A stretch of DNA of 54,200 nt from a bacterium. GTDB lineage: Bacteria > UBA6262 > WVXT01. The notes beneath the pieces are model-generated. The model was not told the origin of the DNA, ran no database searches, and worked only from the letters and a program-made list of their open reading frames with translations. The position numbers were made by a program, and so were the translations under genes. Positions 17,790 through 27,623 of this stretch are shown here, piece by piece. The DNA is taken from NCBI GenBank assembly GCA_046759165.1, contig JBHIBS010000007.1, positions 1 through 54,200 of the forward strand. Reading direction: 5' to 3'. How positions within the stretch are numbered: the first letter of the stretch is position 1; every line of letters begins with the position of its first letter.

Positions 17790-17818
17790 TTGACAAAAAA
17801 ACATCTTTTTTGTAGAAT
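17790..17818 (+). promoter_or_regulatory. Sigma70 promoter of the glycan export/biosynthesis operon
   Basis: TTGACA-17-TAGAAT; spacer palindrome acaaaaaa/ttttttgt. Confidence 0.85.
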
Positions 17819-17953
17819 CATCATAAAAACATAAATATGAGCACGAAAGGATAAAATCCATCTGTTTTTGCTATTTTTTGCCCAGAAGGAGGTGAAATGC
17901 ATAAAATTTAGTATTGCTGGCCGAGGCTAAACATCTTCAAAAAGGAGGCCTTT

Positions 17954-18505
17954 ATGACTAAGAGAACTTTAATTCTGGTTTCCCTACTCCTGGGAGTTCT
18001 ATTACTTCTCGGTCCCGGGGAGATTTATGGGGCTCAAGCACGTCTTATGACAAAGGGGGGATTTGTTCACCTGTTAATAAGAGTTATGGGTCTGCAGAGA
18101 GAGCTGCCTCCCGGTGCTGAAAAGTTCTCGCCCGATGAGTTCTATCGGGTAGAGGTAGAAATATTGGCTAAGAGAGGGCTTACCCAGTTCCTGGGAACCA
18201 ATCGTAAAGAAAAATTGAGGAGAGGGGAATTAGCGAATATTCTATATAATGCTATTGTTAAGGTGCCTGAGCCACTTACTATGATTCAGAAAATAGCTTT
18301 TCTGGCAGAGAGAGGTCTTATTAAGAAAGGGAAACCTACAGAAGCTATGACAGAAAAGGAAGTTTTGAGTGCGCTTCGAATCCCTGACCTGGTAATGGCA
18401 ATTGTTGAAACTTACACGCCGCCTCCTGTTCCGGAAGTAACTGTAAGAGAACTTCCCGAAATAGAGGAACTTTACGAAGACCCTGCAAGCCCCATAATGC
18501 CGTAA
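17954..18505 (+). CDS. Secreted protein with SLH-like helical repeats and a Pro/Glu/Thr-rich tail ending DPASPIMP
   Basis: SD AAGGAGG; signal peptide; LAKRGL..LRRGELANILY and LAERGLI..MTEKE resemble SLH; first gene of the operon. Confidence 0.7.
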   Translation: MTKRTLILVSLLLGVLLLLGPGEIYGAQARLMTKGGFVHLLIRVMGLQRELPPGAEKFSPDEFYRVEVEILAKRGLTQFLGTNRKEKLRRGELANILYNAIVKVPEPLTMIQKIAFLAERGLIKKGKPTEAMTEKEVLSALRIPDLVMAIVETYTPPPVPEVTVRELPEIEELYEDPASPIMP

Positions 18506-18523
18506 GCTGTGAGTCTGGTAAGG

Positions 18524-18646
18524 CTCTATTTCCCCCCTGCCTTCAGGTAATCACCAGCCACTGTGGTGATGACATGAGTTCCCAGGGCAGTAACCAACCA
18601 CAGTGGCAGTGGTGACCTGAGCAGGTGGGAAGCTGAAGGGATAGAG
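18524..18646 (+). other. Long imperfect RNA hairpin in intergenic region
   Basis: Nested pairings ctctatttc/gggatagag, cctgc/gcagg, tcagg/cctga, tcacca/tggtga, gccactgtggt/accacagtggc. Confidence 0.8.
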
Positions 18647-18705
18647 AAGACGAAAGGGAATAATGGTTTAGGATTATAAATTAGAAAAAAGGAGGAGAAA
18701 GTATT

Positions 18706-19878
18706 ATGAAAAAGAGGACTTTTCTTGTTCTTCTCGGAGGATTCTTGGTGGTCACTTTTCTTTCGATGGTCGAAATGGACGTTTGTGCAAAGGAAATCAG
18801 ACTGGGACCCGTTCGATTTAAGCCTTCAATCAGGATTCAGGAAAAATATGAAGAGAATATCTTTTTAGAAGCCACGGATAAGGAAAGCGACTTCATTACC
18901 ACTATTGCCCCCACTATGAGTTTTGATTTGCCTTTTGCTGATTACCGGGCCAGCCTGGCTTATGCGCTTAATGTTGTTAAGTTCGCCAAACATCCCCGTC
19001 AGGACTCTTATAATCACGAAGTGATTGCTTTCCTGGGACTTAATTTTACAAAGTTTAAGTTCACAGCGGAGAACGAGTTTCAAGACACGAAGGAGATAGC
19101 GGATACGGAGCTATCCAGGCGAATCCACCGGTCAAGAAATGATGTCAGAGCGAATGTTTCTACTGACCTTCACAGGATTAATTTAGACCTGGGATTCCGC
19201 AACATATTCGATGATTATAAGGAGGCTGCCTGGGAACACGAAGATAGGTATGAGAATATCTTTGCCTTAAAAGGAAGTTACCGGCTGCTTCCCAAAACTT
19301 CCCTTCTCCTGGAATACAATTTGGGAGGAGTTAGATACTATACTTCCGATAACCCCAATGCCGATTACCATCAGGGCTTCATTGGAATCGAAGGCAGATT
19401 GACGGCCAGGTCTCTTGGCGCAATAAAAGTTGGTTACCAGGCACGTAATTACAAGCGTTCGGGAGTAGCCGACTTTTATAGTCTGGTTACCACGATAAGC
19501 ATAGCTGAAAGGTTCACAGCAAGAGATATAGCTAAACTTGGCTTCCTCCGTTCTGCTGTTGAATCGACCTATGGCGTGAATAACTATTATCAAGTCAATC
19601 GGCTTATCGCTGAGTACAGTCATGAGTTCACTAAAAGGTTCTCTGGTATTTTGAATGGTGCTTACCAATTCAATAAATATCCTAAAGAGACCACTGAGGG
19701 AAGTGAATCAAAGAAAAGGAAAGATACTCTGTGGTCAGCAGGTATTCTTTTCAACTACAAATTCCGCAAATGGATCTCTTTTGAACTGGGATATAAGTAT
19801 GATGGCAGGGATTCAAATTTTGGAGTCTTCGATTATGGAGACAATGTTTCGACTCTGAGTGTAACTGCTGAATTCTGA
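18706..19878 (+). CDS. Polysaccharide-export-associated outer membrane beta-barrel (EpsX/VpsM/BBP2-like)
   Basis: Signal peptide; ENIF..KESDFITTIAP; alternating aromatic strands; terminal F; directly upstream of OPX. Confidence 0.85.
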   Translation: MKKRTFLVLLGGFLVVTFLSMVEMDVCAKEIRLGPVRFKPSIRIQEKYEENIFLEATDKESDFITTIAPTMSFDLPFADYRASLAYALNVVKFAKHPRQDSYNHEVIAFLGLNFTKFKFTAENEFQDTKEIADTELSRRIHRSRNDVRANVSTDLHRINLDLGFRNIFDDYKEAAWEHEDRYENIFALKGSYRLLPKTSLLLEYNLGGVRYYTSDNPNADYHQGFIGIEGRLTARSLGAIKVGYQARNYKRSGVADFYSLVTTISIAERFTARDIAKLGFLRSAVESTYGVNNYYQVNRLIAEYSHEFTKRFSGILNGAYQFNKYPKETTEGSESKKRKDTLWSAGILFNYKFRKWISFELGYKYDGRDSNFGVFDYGDNVSTLSVTAEF

Positions 19879-19924
19879 GTTGGCTGGGAAGGAAGAGGAA
19901 AAAAGAAAATGGGGGGAAGAGACA

Positions 19925-20560
19925 ATGAAAAAAAGGTATAAGAATTTTATTGTCTTGCTTAGTTTATTAATGCTTCTCATTCTAAGCCTACAAGGGCAAC
20001 TCATTGCCCGGAATCAGTCTTCTAATCAAGGTAAAAAGAAAAAAAGATCAATAGAAAAAGTATATAAAATTCATCATCAGGATATTTTAAATATAAGTAT
20101 ATATATGGAGGACGATTTACAGAAACACTACCGTGTTTCCCAGAAAGGTTATATCTCTTATCCTTTTATCGGAGAGGTTCGAGTTACTGGCTTGACTGTT
20201 TCTGCGTTGGAAGAAAAACTTACGCGTCTTTTGAGCCCAGATTATTTCATTAGCCCCCAGATAACCGTATTTGTGAAGAAATATCATTCCCGCAGGATAT
20301 TCATATTAGGAGCGGTAAATAATCCGGGCTCCTGCGCTATTCCCGCGGAAAAGGAACTTACCGTAGTAGAGGCTATATCTTTGGCTGGTGGCTTTACTGA
20401 GGATGCTGCGATTAATAAGACCAAGATAGTTAGGGTTGAGGATGGTGTAGAGAAGAGTATAGTAGTTAGAATAAAAGATATAACAAAGGCGGGCGATAAG
20501 AGTAAGGATATCATTTTGAAACCAAATGATATTGTCATTGTCCCAAAGAGCTTTTTTTAA
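19925..20560 (+). CDS. Short periplasmic OPX/Wza-family polysaccharide export protein
   Basis: PES motif DILNISIY..GYISYPFIGEV..GLT; one SLBB domain (EAISLAGGFT); no lipobox Cys or OM helix; ATG at 19925. Confidence 0.9.
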   Translation: MKKRYKNFIVLLSLLMLLILSLQGQLIARNQSSNQGKKKKRSIEKVYKIHHQDILNISIYMEDDLQKHYRVSQKGYISYPFIGEVRVTGLTVSALEEKLTRLLSPDYFISPQITVFVKKYHSRRIFILGAVNNPGSCAIPAEKELTVVEAISLAGGFTEDAAINKTKIVRVEDGVEKSIVVRIKDITKAGDKSKDIILKPNDIVIVPKSFF

Positions 20561-20577
20561 TTCCTGGAGGTAATTCT

Positions 20578-22425
20578 ATGCAAACTTCAAAAAACCAATC
20601 AACACATATGAGGGATTATTTAGGTATTATCCTTAAGAGAAAATGGACAGTCCTGACTTCTCTGATAAGTTTAGTAGTTATAGTTACGTTTGCCTCTTCT
20701 AAGATGGAACCTGTCTATCAGGCAACTTGTCAACTGTTAATCGAGAAAGAAAGATCCGATGCGGTCAGTTTTGAGGAGGTCATTGGCATAGATACTTTGC
20801 AGCAAGACTATTATCAGACCCAATACAAGATATTAAAAAGCAGAAGTCTGGCTAAGGAGGCTGTGCAAAAGCTTGGTTTAGCACACATCGCGGAATTCTC
20901 TCAATCTCGGCCAAGGCCTAATCTTTACACACTCTTTAGGAAGACTATCCTTAGGGAGGCTCTTCCTATCAAATCCAAATCTTTGGATATGAAAGGAATA
21001 ATTGATAGATTCTTAACGGCCATCGAGGTTGAGCCAGTCAGAAACACCCGCTTGGTTAGGATAAAGGCTAAATCTCGTGATCCCAAATTGGCTGCTCGTA
21101 TGGCCAACATGCTTGCCCAGACCTATCTCAGCCAGAGTTTAGAATATAGGCTTTTTTCCTCTCGTCAGGTATTGGAGAGACTTCTTCCCCAGGCCGGAAA
21201 AACAGGAGCTCATTCCGGTACCGCGGATTTAAGTGAATTGGTTGTCTCTCTTCCTTCTGTAGTAAACCACCCTTTGATTCAGAAGCTTAAAGAGCAATGT
21301 GCAGAACTTGAGGTTCGTTATGCCAACCTTTCCAAACGCTACGGACCCAAACATCCTAAGATAATCAGTACAAGGTCAGCTCTTGAAGAGATGAGAAAGA
21401 ATATAGATTTAGAAACGAATAGGATAGTCTCCGCCGTTAAAACAGAGCTTTCTGGCAATTTAAAGGCCATAAACATCAGGATAATTGACCCTGCCGAAGT
21501 GCCTAAGAGACCCATCAGACCCAATAAGAGACTAAATCTGGTTTTGAGCGTGTGTAGTGGCCTAATCTTGGGTTGTGGTTTAGCCTTTTTCTTCGAATAC
21601 TGGGACGATACTTTTAAGGCCCAGGAAGACGTGGAGGGATACCTTGAGTTGCCATTCCTGGGCCACATTCCCACCATCAGACCTCAGGGTCGTAAGAACA
21701 AAGCAGAAAAAGACATCTTTGTCCATACCCATCCTAAGTCAGCAGCCTCTGAGGCATTTCGAAATGTCAGAACAGGGATAGACTACTCCCATTCTTCAAA
21801 TCCCTTAAAGACGATATTGGTTAGCTCTGCCGGCCCTGAAGAAGGAAAAACTCTTGTAGCAATTAATTTAGCCATCAGTATGGCTCAGGCTGGCAGCAGA
21901 GTTCTTTTGGTAGATTCAGATTTGCGTCGTCCAGCGATTCATAGGATTCTAAAATTGAATAACTATCTCGGGCTTTCCAACTATTTTAGAAAGGAGTGGG
22001 AAGCGGAGAGAGTAATCCAGGAAACTTTCATTGAGAATATCAAGTGTGTCGCTTCAGGACCTGTGCCCTCTAACCCCGCTGAACTGTTGGGCTCAACTAA
22101 AATGAAGGAATTCGTCGAAGGGGTAAAAAATAGCTTTGACAGGATTATTTTTGACTCTCCTCCTATAGGTACTGTGACTGATGCGTTAGTCTTGGCCAAG
22201 GCAGTAGATGGGATAATTCAGGTTATCCGATTTGGTAAATATCCGAAGGATATGATCCATCAGGCCAAACAGAGATTGCAAGAGATGGACATAAAGATAA
22301 TTGGCGTGGTCTTAAATGATATTGACATAGAAAAAAGCGGCCGCTACTATTATCCCTATTATTATCGTTACTATCATAAAGGTTATTATCACCAAGAAGA
22401 AAGAACTGAAAAAGTTAAAGAATAA
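20578..22425 (+). CDS. wzc: Polysaccharide co-polymerase/BY-kinase
   Basis: Two TMs; Pro-rich PAEVPKRPIRP; Walker A GPEEGKT; DSDLRRP; DSPP; Tyr-rich tail YYYPYYYRYY. Confidence 0.95.
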   Translation: MQTSKNQSTHMRDYLGIILKRKWTVLTSLISLVVIVTFASSKMEPVYQATCQLLIEKERSDAVSFEEVIGIDTLQQDYYQTQYKILKSRSLAKEAVQKLGLAHIAEFSQSRPRPNLYTLFRKTILREALPIKSKSLDMKGIIDRFLTAIEVEPVRNTRLVRIKAKSRDPKLAARMANMLAQTYLSQSLEYRLFSSRQVLERLLPQAGKTGAHSGTADLSELVVSLPSVVNHPLIQKLKEQCAELEVRYANLSKRYGPKHPKIISTRSALEEMRKNIDLETNRIVSAVKTELSGNLKAINIRIIDPAEVPKRPIRPNKRLNLVLSVCSGLILGCGLAFFFEYWDDTFKAQEDVEGYLELPFLGHIPTIRPQGRKNKAEKDIFVHTHPKSAASEAFRNVRTGIDYSHSSNPLKTILVSSAGPEEGKTLVAINLAISMAQAGSRVLLVDSDLRRPAIHRILKLNNYLGLSNYFRKEWEAERVIQETFIENIKCVASGPVPSNPAELLGSTKMKEFVEGVKNSFDRIIFDSPPIGTVTDALVLAKAVDGIIQVIRFGKYPKDMIHQAKQRLQEMDIKIIGVVLNDIDIEKSGRYYYPYYYRYYHKGYYHQEERTEKVKE

Positions 22426-22433
22426 CCAATATT

Positions 22434-24776
22434 ATGGAAAGAGTATGCCAGAGAGTAGTAGAAGGAGTCTTAATTTCTATTATCATCTTTACCCCTTTTG
22501 CCTTTGGTTCAGTTCAGCCCTGGGCCATTACCGTTATAGAAGTGGCGGCCCTGGTTTTAGGTCTCTTATGGTTCTTTAAGTTCCTCATCCAGGGCAAAAT
22601 TGAATTTGTCAAGACCCCTCTGAACCTTCTCATTATCTTCTGGTTAGGATTTATTCTCTTTCAGCTTTCCACCACCACCTCCTATTTTCAAGCAACTAAG
22701 ACCGAATTCTTCAAATCTTTCTCCTATTGTATGATTCTTCTAGTGTTCATAAATAATATCCAAAAAAAGACTCAGGTCCAGAGGATTATTATCACTCTCA
22801 TAGTAGTAGGTTCTATCATATCTTTCTTTGGCATAATTCAAGAGTTAACCTGGAATGGAAAGTTGTTCTGGTTCTATCCTTTGAGTCATAGAGGCAGAGC
22901 GTTCGGCCCTTATGTAAACGGAAACCATTTTGCTGGCTATATTGGTATGCTCATCCCCTTAAGCATAGGGTATCTCCTTAGCCTGAAGAGAAAATATAGC
23001 CTTTCCTTCAAGGTATTGATAATCCTTGCCGTTCTGTTTATGTTTGCTGCTCTATTCTCTTCTCGCTCCCGGGCGGGAATAGTTAGTCTACTTTTGTCTT
23101 TAGTTTTTATGGGTTTCTTACTGGTGAGGCTGAAATCTGCCAAGATAGAGAAGCAACTGCCCTTTGTATTCGTCGTCCTGATGCTTATTGGTTTAGCCTG
23201 GTTTGGCTCAACCCGCATTGTGGATAGATTTTCCCTTTTGAATGACCCAAGCTGGAAGGCAAGATTATGGGTCTGGAGAGGAACAATTGAGATTATTAAA
23301 GACTCCCCTTTCCTGGGGACGGGTTTAGGAACCTTTGCCCATATCTTTCCTCAATATAGATTGCCCCAGACAAAATCCTTCTTTAACTACGCCCATAACG
23401 ATTTCTTACAACTTTTATCCGAGGGGGGTATCTTTGGTTTTCTACTCATCTCCATTTTCTTATTTTTTTTCTTAAGGAAGACCATAAGATTATTGTTTTC
23501 CCGCCGGGACACCTGGGCTATCAACCTGACTGTGGGAGGTTTGTCCAGTCTTTTTTCTATCTTTATCTTTAGCCTCTATGATTTCAATCTCCATATTCCG
23601 GCTAATGCAGTTCTCTTGTGCATAATCATCGGGCTCATTATTACTGTCATCAATTTGCGACCTAAATTGGGAGAGAGTGCCACTCTCCTTCACAAGGCAA
23701 GTCTTCCCCTTAATCCAAAAATAAGAATAGCTTTATATCCTTTAGGGATAGTTACCTTTATAACCGTATCTATTCTCGTAATTAAGCCCTTTTTAGCTGA
23801 ACGAAACTTTCAACTTTCCCTGAAGGCTAAAAGTTCTAAAGAAAAAATCGAATATTTAAAGAGAAGCATTGAACTGGAACCAAATGATGCTCGATATCAC
23901 TATAGCCTTGCTCGAGTTTATGGTGAAAAAGAAGGAGATTGGATTGTTGCCCTAAAACATTTCAGACAGGCTGCGTCGCTAAATCTTAATAGCGGTCGAT
24001 ATTATCAAGGTGTCGGTTTGGCTTATGCTCATTTGGGTAGAGAGGAGGAGACAATAAGATACTTAAGAAAGGCTGTAGAACTCGAACCAAACAATCCCTA
24101 TCGTCATCGTAACTTAGCCCTTTTCTACCTCTACTATCAGACTAAGATAGGCTCTCCTGATAGGTATCTTCAAGATGCCGTCTTTGAATACAAAAAGGCC
24201 ATTCTTCTTGAACCTTCTTTTACCCGAGAGGTGCTGGAAAATCTTTCCGAATTGGTTAAGGATTACCACCAATTAAGGAGTATAATTCCGGATACGCCCC
24301 CAGCCCATTGGGAACTGAGCAAATATTTAAAAACTAAGGGCAAAGATAAAGAATCTAAACAGGAATTTCAGAAGGCAATACAGAGTTGGCAGTCACAACT
24401 TTTGACTGCCTCTAATTCTCAAGCAGTAGAAATTCATAAACACTTAGCCAGTGCCTATATAGATTCAAAACAATATGCCCTAGCCCTAGTCCAATATCAG
24501 AAAGCATTAAAGATAGATCCTAGTGATGCGTGGGCTTATTATTTAGCAGGAACTTTATATGAAAGAATAGGCAAAGAAAATAAAGCGATTGATTTCTTAA
24601 AAAAAGCCATCTTTTTTGATCCCAGACATAGTTGGGCCTATTATAACTTAGCTAAAATTTATGAGTCTCAAGACGACTGCATCAGGTCACGCTCAATGTG
24701 GAATGCCATCTTGAAGATTAGAAATGGCGACCCAGATGCAAAACGAATCGCCAAAAGGGAATTAAGGAAATATTAG
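22434..24776 (+). CDS. O-antigen ligase/O-oligosaccharyltransferase-family membrane protein with C-terminal TPRs
   Basis: GPYVNGNHFAG; SRSRAG; GTGLGTF; YAHNDFLQLLSEGG; DFNLHIPAN; multiple TPRs. Confidence 0.88.
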   Translation: MERVCQRVVEGVLISIIIFTPFAFGSVQPWAITVIEVAALVLGLLWFFKFLIQGKIEFVKTPLNLLIIFWLGFILFQLSTTTSYFQATKTEFFKSFSYCMILLVFINNIQKKTQVQRIIITLIVVGSIISFFGIIQELTWNGKLFWFYPLSHRGRAFGPYVNGNHFAGYIGMLIPLSIGYLLSLKRKYSLSFKVLIILAVLFMFAALFSSRSRAGIVSLLLSLVFMGFLLVRLKSAKIEKQLPFVFVVLMLIGLAWFGSTRIVDRFSLLNDPSWKARLWVWRGTIEIIKDSPFLGTGLGTFAHIFPQYRLPQTKSFFNYAHNDFLQLLSEGGIFGFLLISIFLFFFLRKTIRLLFSRRDTWAINLTVGGLSSLFSIFIFSLYDFNLHIPANAVLLCIIIGLIITVINLRPKLGESATLLHKASLPLNPKIRIALYPLGIVTFITVSILVIKPFLAERNFQLSLKAKSSKEKIEYLKRSIELEPNDARYHYSLARVYGEKEGDWIVALKHFRQAASLNLNSGRYYQGVGLAYAHLGREEETIRYLRKAVELEPNNPYRHRNLALFYLYYQTKIGSPDRYLQDAVFEYKKAILLEPSFTREVLENLSELVKDYHQLRSIIPDTPPAHWELSKYLKTKGKDKESKQEFQKAIQSWQSQLLTASNSQAVEIHKHLASAYIDSKQYALALVQYQKALKIDPSDAWAYYLAGTLYERIGKENKAIDFLKKAIFFDPRHSWAYYNLAKIYESQDDCIRSRSMWNAILKIRNGDPDAKRIAKRELRKY

Positions 24777-24819
24777 ATAGGAATTAAGTGTACAAAAAAA
24801 TATTAACCTAGGAGGAATT

Positions 24820-25806
24820 ATGAAAATTTTGATAACCGGAGGAGCAGGTTTTATTGGTTCACATTTGTCTGACGCTTTGATAGAAAATGGTGAGAGTGTA
24901 ACTGTTATTGATGACCTTTCATCCGGTAGTATTGAAAATATCAAACATCTTAAAACAGACCCTAAATTTGCTTATGTTTTGGATACTATTATGAATAAAT
25001 CAGTCTTGCTTGAGTTGGTCGACGAAGCAGATATTATATTTCATCTGGCTGCTGCTGTTGGTGTCAAAATGATAGTAGGAAGTCCAGTAAGAACTATAGA
25101 GACTAATATTCATGGAACAGAGTTAGTATTGCAGTGCGCTGATAAGAAGAAAAAACCAGTAATTATTGCTTCATCATCTGAAGTCTATGGTAAAAATTCG
25201 AAAGTCCCCTTTAAAGAGAATGACGATTTAATTCTTGGTCCAACTATTAAAAGTAGATGGAGTTACGGTTGCTCCAAGGCAATTGATGAATTTTTGGCAC
25301 TGGCATATTGGAAAGAAAGAAAACTACCTATAATTATCGCTAGATTTTTTAATACCGTAGGTCCAAGACAGACTGGTAGATATGGTATGGTAGTACCAAG
25401 ATTTATTAATCAAGCTTTAAAAAATGAGCCAATAACTGTTTATGGAGATGGAAGGCAAATAAGATGTTTTGCCCATGTCAAAGATGTGGTAAAAGCAGTA
25501 ATCGATTTATCTAATACTTCAAAAGCAATAGGGGAAATATTCAATATTGGCACAGATGAGGAGATTTCCATAGAGGACTTAGCGAAAAAGATTAAAAACA
25601 GGGCTGATAGTTCATCAGAAATAAAATACATCACCTACGATGAAGCTTACGAAGCAGGTTTTGAGGATATGGCAATAAGGGTACCATGTTTAGAAAAGAT
25701 TAGAAAATATATTGATTATCAACCCCACTACAGTTTAGAAGAAATTCTAGCAGATACTATTGGATACATTAAAAGTAGACAGGAGCTTGTCTATCATTAT
25801 GCCTAA
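24820..25806 (+). CDS. NAD-dependent nucleotide-sugar epimerase/dehydratase
   Basis: GGAGFIG; SSSEVYG; YGCSK; RFFNTVGPRQ. Confidence 0.93.
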   Translation: MKILITGGAGFIGSHLSDALIENGESVTVIDDLSSGSIENIKHLKTDPKFAYVLDTIMNKSVLLELVDEADIIFHLAAAVGVKMIVGSPVRTIETNIHGTELVLQCADKKKKPVIIASSSEVYGKNSKVPFKENDDLILGPTIKSRWSYGCSKAIDEFLALAYWKERKLPIIIARFFNTVGPRQTGRYGMVVPRFINQALKNEPITVYGDGRQIRCFAHVKDVVKAVIDLSNTSKAIGEIFNIGTDEEISIEDLAKKIKNRADSSSEIKYITYDEAYEAGFEDMAIRVPCLEKIRKYIDYQPHYSLEEILADTIGYIKSRQELVYHYA

Positions 25807-26854
25807 AAGAGCTTTAATTACAGGAATAACAGGGCAGGATGGAGCTTACTTAGCTAAGTTCCTATTAGAGAAAAAATATAAAGTATGTGGAACATATCGC
25901 AGGTTATCTACGCCTAATTTCTGGAGATTACAATACTTAGATATCTTTAATAGGGTAGAGTTAGTCCCTGCCGATTTATTAGATTCTGCTTCATTAGTAG
26001 AGGCAATCAAAATTTCCCAACCCGATGAAATATACCATCTGGCAGCACAGAGTTTTGTAGGAGCCTCTTTTGAACAGCCAGTGGGAGCAGGAGAGATTAC
26101 TGGTTTAGGCGTTACCAGGATTTTAGAAGCAGTAAGAGAAATAGATCCCAAAATAAAGTTCTACCAGGCATCAACAAGTGAACTATATGGAAATGGAGAC
26201 TCAAAACTCCAGACAGAAGACACACCATTTAGACCTACCAGTCCTTATGCGATTGCTAAACTTTATGGCTACTGGATAACCCGCATATATCGAGAAGGCT
26301 ATGGAATATTTACCTGTAACGGAATTCTGTTTAACCACGAGTCGCCACTTAGGGGATTGGAATTTGTAACCAGAAAGATATCTAATGCAGTGGCTAAAAT
26401 AAAACTGGGACTTCAGAAAGAATTGCGACTGGGTAATTTGGAAGCAAAGAGAGATTGGGGATATGCTCCTGAATATGTAGAATCTATGTGGCTTATGCTT
26501 CAACAAGATACACCTGAAGATTACGTAATAGCTACTAGTGAAGCACATTCAGTAAAAGAATTCACAGAAAGGGCTTTTGAAATCGTAGGACTGGATTGGA
26601 GAAAATATGTCAAAGCAGACAGAAGATTTTTAAGACCTTTAGATACATACTTTTTGCAAGGAGACTGTACAAAAGCAAAACAAAAGTTAGGCTGGAGACC
26701 AAAGGTGAAATTTAAAGAGCTTGTAGAAATTATGGTGAAAGAAGAATTACATAAATGGCAGAGATGGATAGATGGAGAAAGGTTTTCTTGGGACGCACCA
26801 AACTATCCTAGCGAAGATAGAATATTATCGCGTAGTATTACTTTTGATAGATGA
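25799..26854 (+). CDS. gmd: GDP-mannose 4,6-dehydratase
   Basis: ALITGITGQDGAYLA; LFNHESPLRG.EFVTRKI; LGNLEAKRDWG; ATG at 25799. Confidence 0.97.
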   Translation: MPKRALITGITGQDGAYLAKFLLEKKYKVCGTYRRLSTPNFWRLQYLDIFNRVELVPADLLDSASLVEAIKISQPDEIYHLAAQSFVGASFEQPVGAGEITGLGVTRILEAVREIDPKIKFYQASTSELYGNGDSKLQTEDTPFRPTSPYAIAKLYGYWITRIYREGYGIFTCNGILFNHESPLRGLEFVTRKISNAVAKIKLGLQKELRLGNLEAKRDWGYAPEYVESMWLMLQQDTPEDYVIATSEAHSVKEFTERAFEIVGLDWRKYVKADRRFLRPLDTYFLQGDCTKAKQKLGWRPKVKFKELVEIMVKEELHKWQRWIDGERFSWDAPNYPSEDRILSRSITFDR

Positions 26855-26888
26855 TTTTGATTAATTTTAGGAGATAAGGTGTAAAAAG

Positions 26889-27623
26889 GTGAATAATACA
26901 TGCAAGGAGAAGTACGAAATTCTAGGAATTATCCCTGCTCGGTCTAACTCCAAAGGTATTGCCAATAAGAATATCAAAAAGCTAAATAATAAACCTCTTA
27001 TTGCTTATACTATAAAAGTAGCTCTTAAAGCAAAAAAATTGACTAGATTGGTCGTTTCTACCAATAGTGAAGAAATAGCTAATATAGCAAGAACTTATGG
27101 TGCAGAAGTTCCCTTCTTAAGGCCAACCGAATTAGCCCAGGATGATACACCTATGTTGCCAGTTTTACAGCATGCAGTAAAATTTTTAGAAAATAGTGAA
27201 AATTACAGAACAGATATCATTGTTGCTTTGCAGCCCACTTCGCCTTTACGCAAGTCGAGTCATATTGATGAGGCATTAGAAAAAATAATCAATAGTGATG
27301 CAGATTCTATAGTCAGTTTATGTGAAGCAGAACATTCACCTTATTGGATGAGAAAAATAGAAAATGACAGGGTAGTTAGTTTTATAGAAGGAAGCGAAAA
27401 ATATGTCCGCAGACAAGATCTCCCCAAGGTGTATCGCTTAAATGGTGCAATCTACGTGACTAGATACGAAGTTCTAATGAAAGAAAATAAAACCTCAGGT
27501 AATGACACTAGAGCGATTATTATGAGTCCAGAAGATTCTATTGATATTGACACAGAATTAGACTTTAAATTAGCAGAACTGATTTTGAAACAAAGACATA
27601 ACAATGAAAAAAATAAGAATTAA
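26889..27623 (+). CDS. neuA: Acylneuraminate (nonulosonate) cytidylyltransferase
   Basis: IIPARSNSKGIANKN; LQPTSPLR; NGAIY; SIDIDTELDF. Confidence 0.93.
   Translation: MNNTCKEKYEILGIIPARSNSKGIANKNIKKLNNKPLIAYTIKVALKAKKLTRLVVSTNSEEIANIARTYGAEVPFLRPTELAQDDTPMLPVLQHAVKFLENSENYRTDIIVALQPTSPLRKSSHIDEALEKIINSDADSIVSLCEAEHSPYWMRKIENDRVVSFIEGSEKYVRRQDLPKVYRLNGAIYVTRYEVLMKENKTSGNDTRAIIMSPEDSIDIDTELDFKLAELILKQRHNNEKNKN

Noticed and set aside
18524-18646. SRP RNA, 6S RNA or ZTP riboswitch
   Set aside because: No SRP domain IV motif, no 6S-like central bubble or length, and no ZTP pseudoknot elements
17820-18705. JUMPStart/ops element for the long polysaccharide operon
   Set aside because: No GGCGGTAG found in the leader; ggcggcaag at ~53662 lies in a hairpin loop and is a poor match
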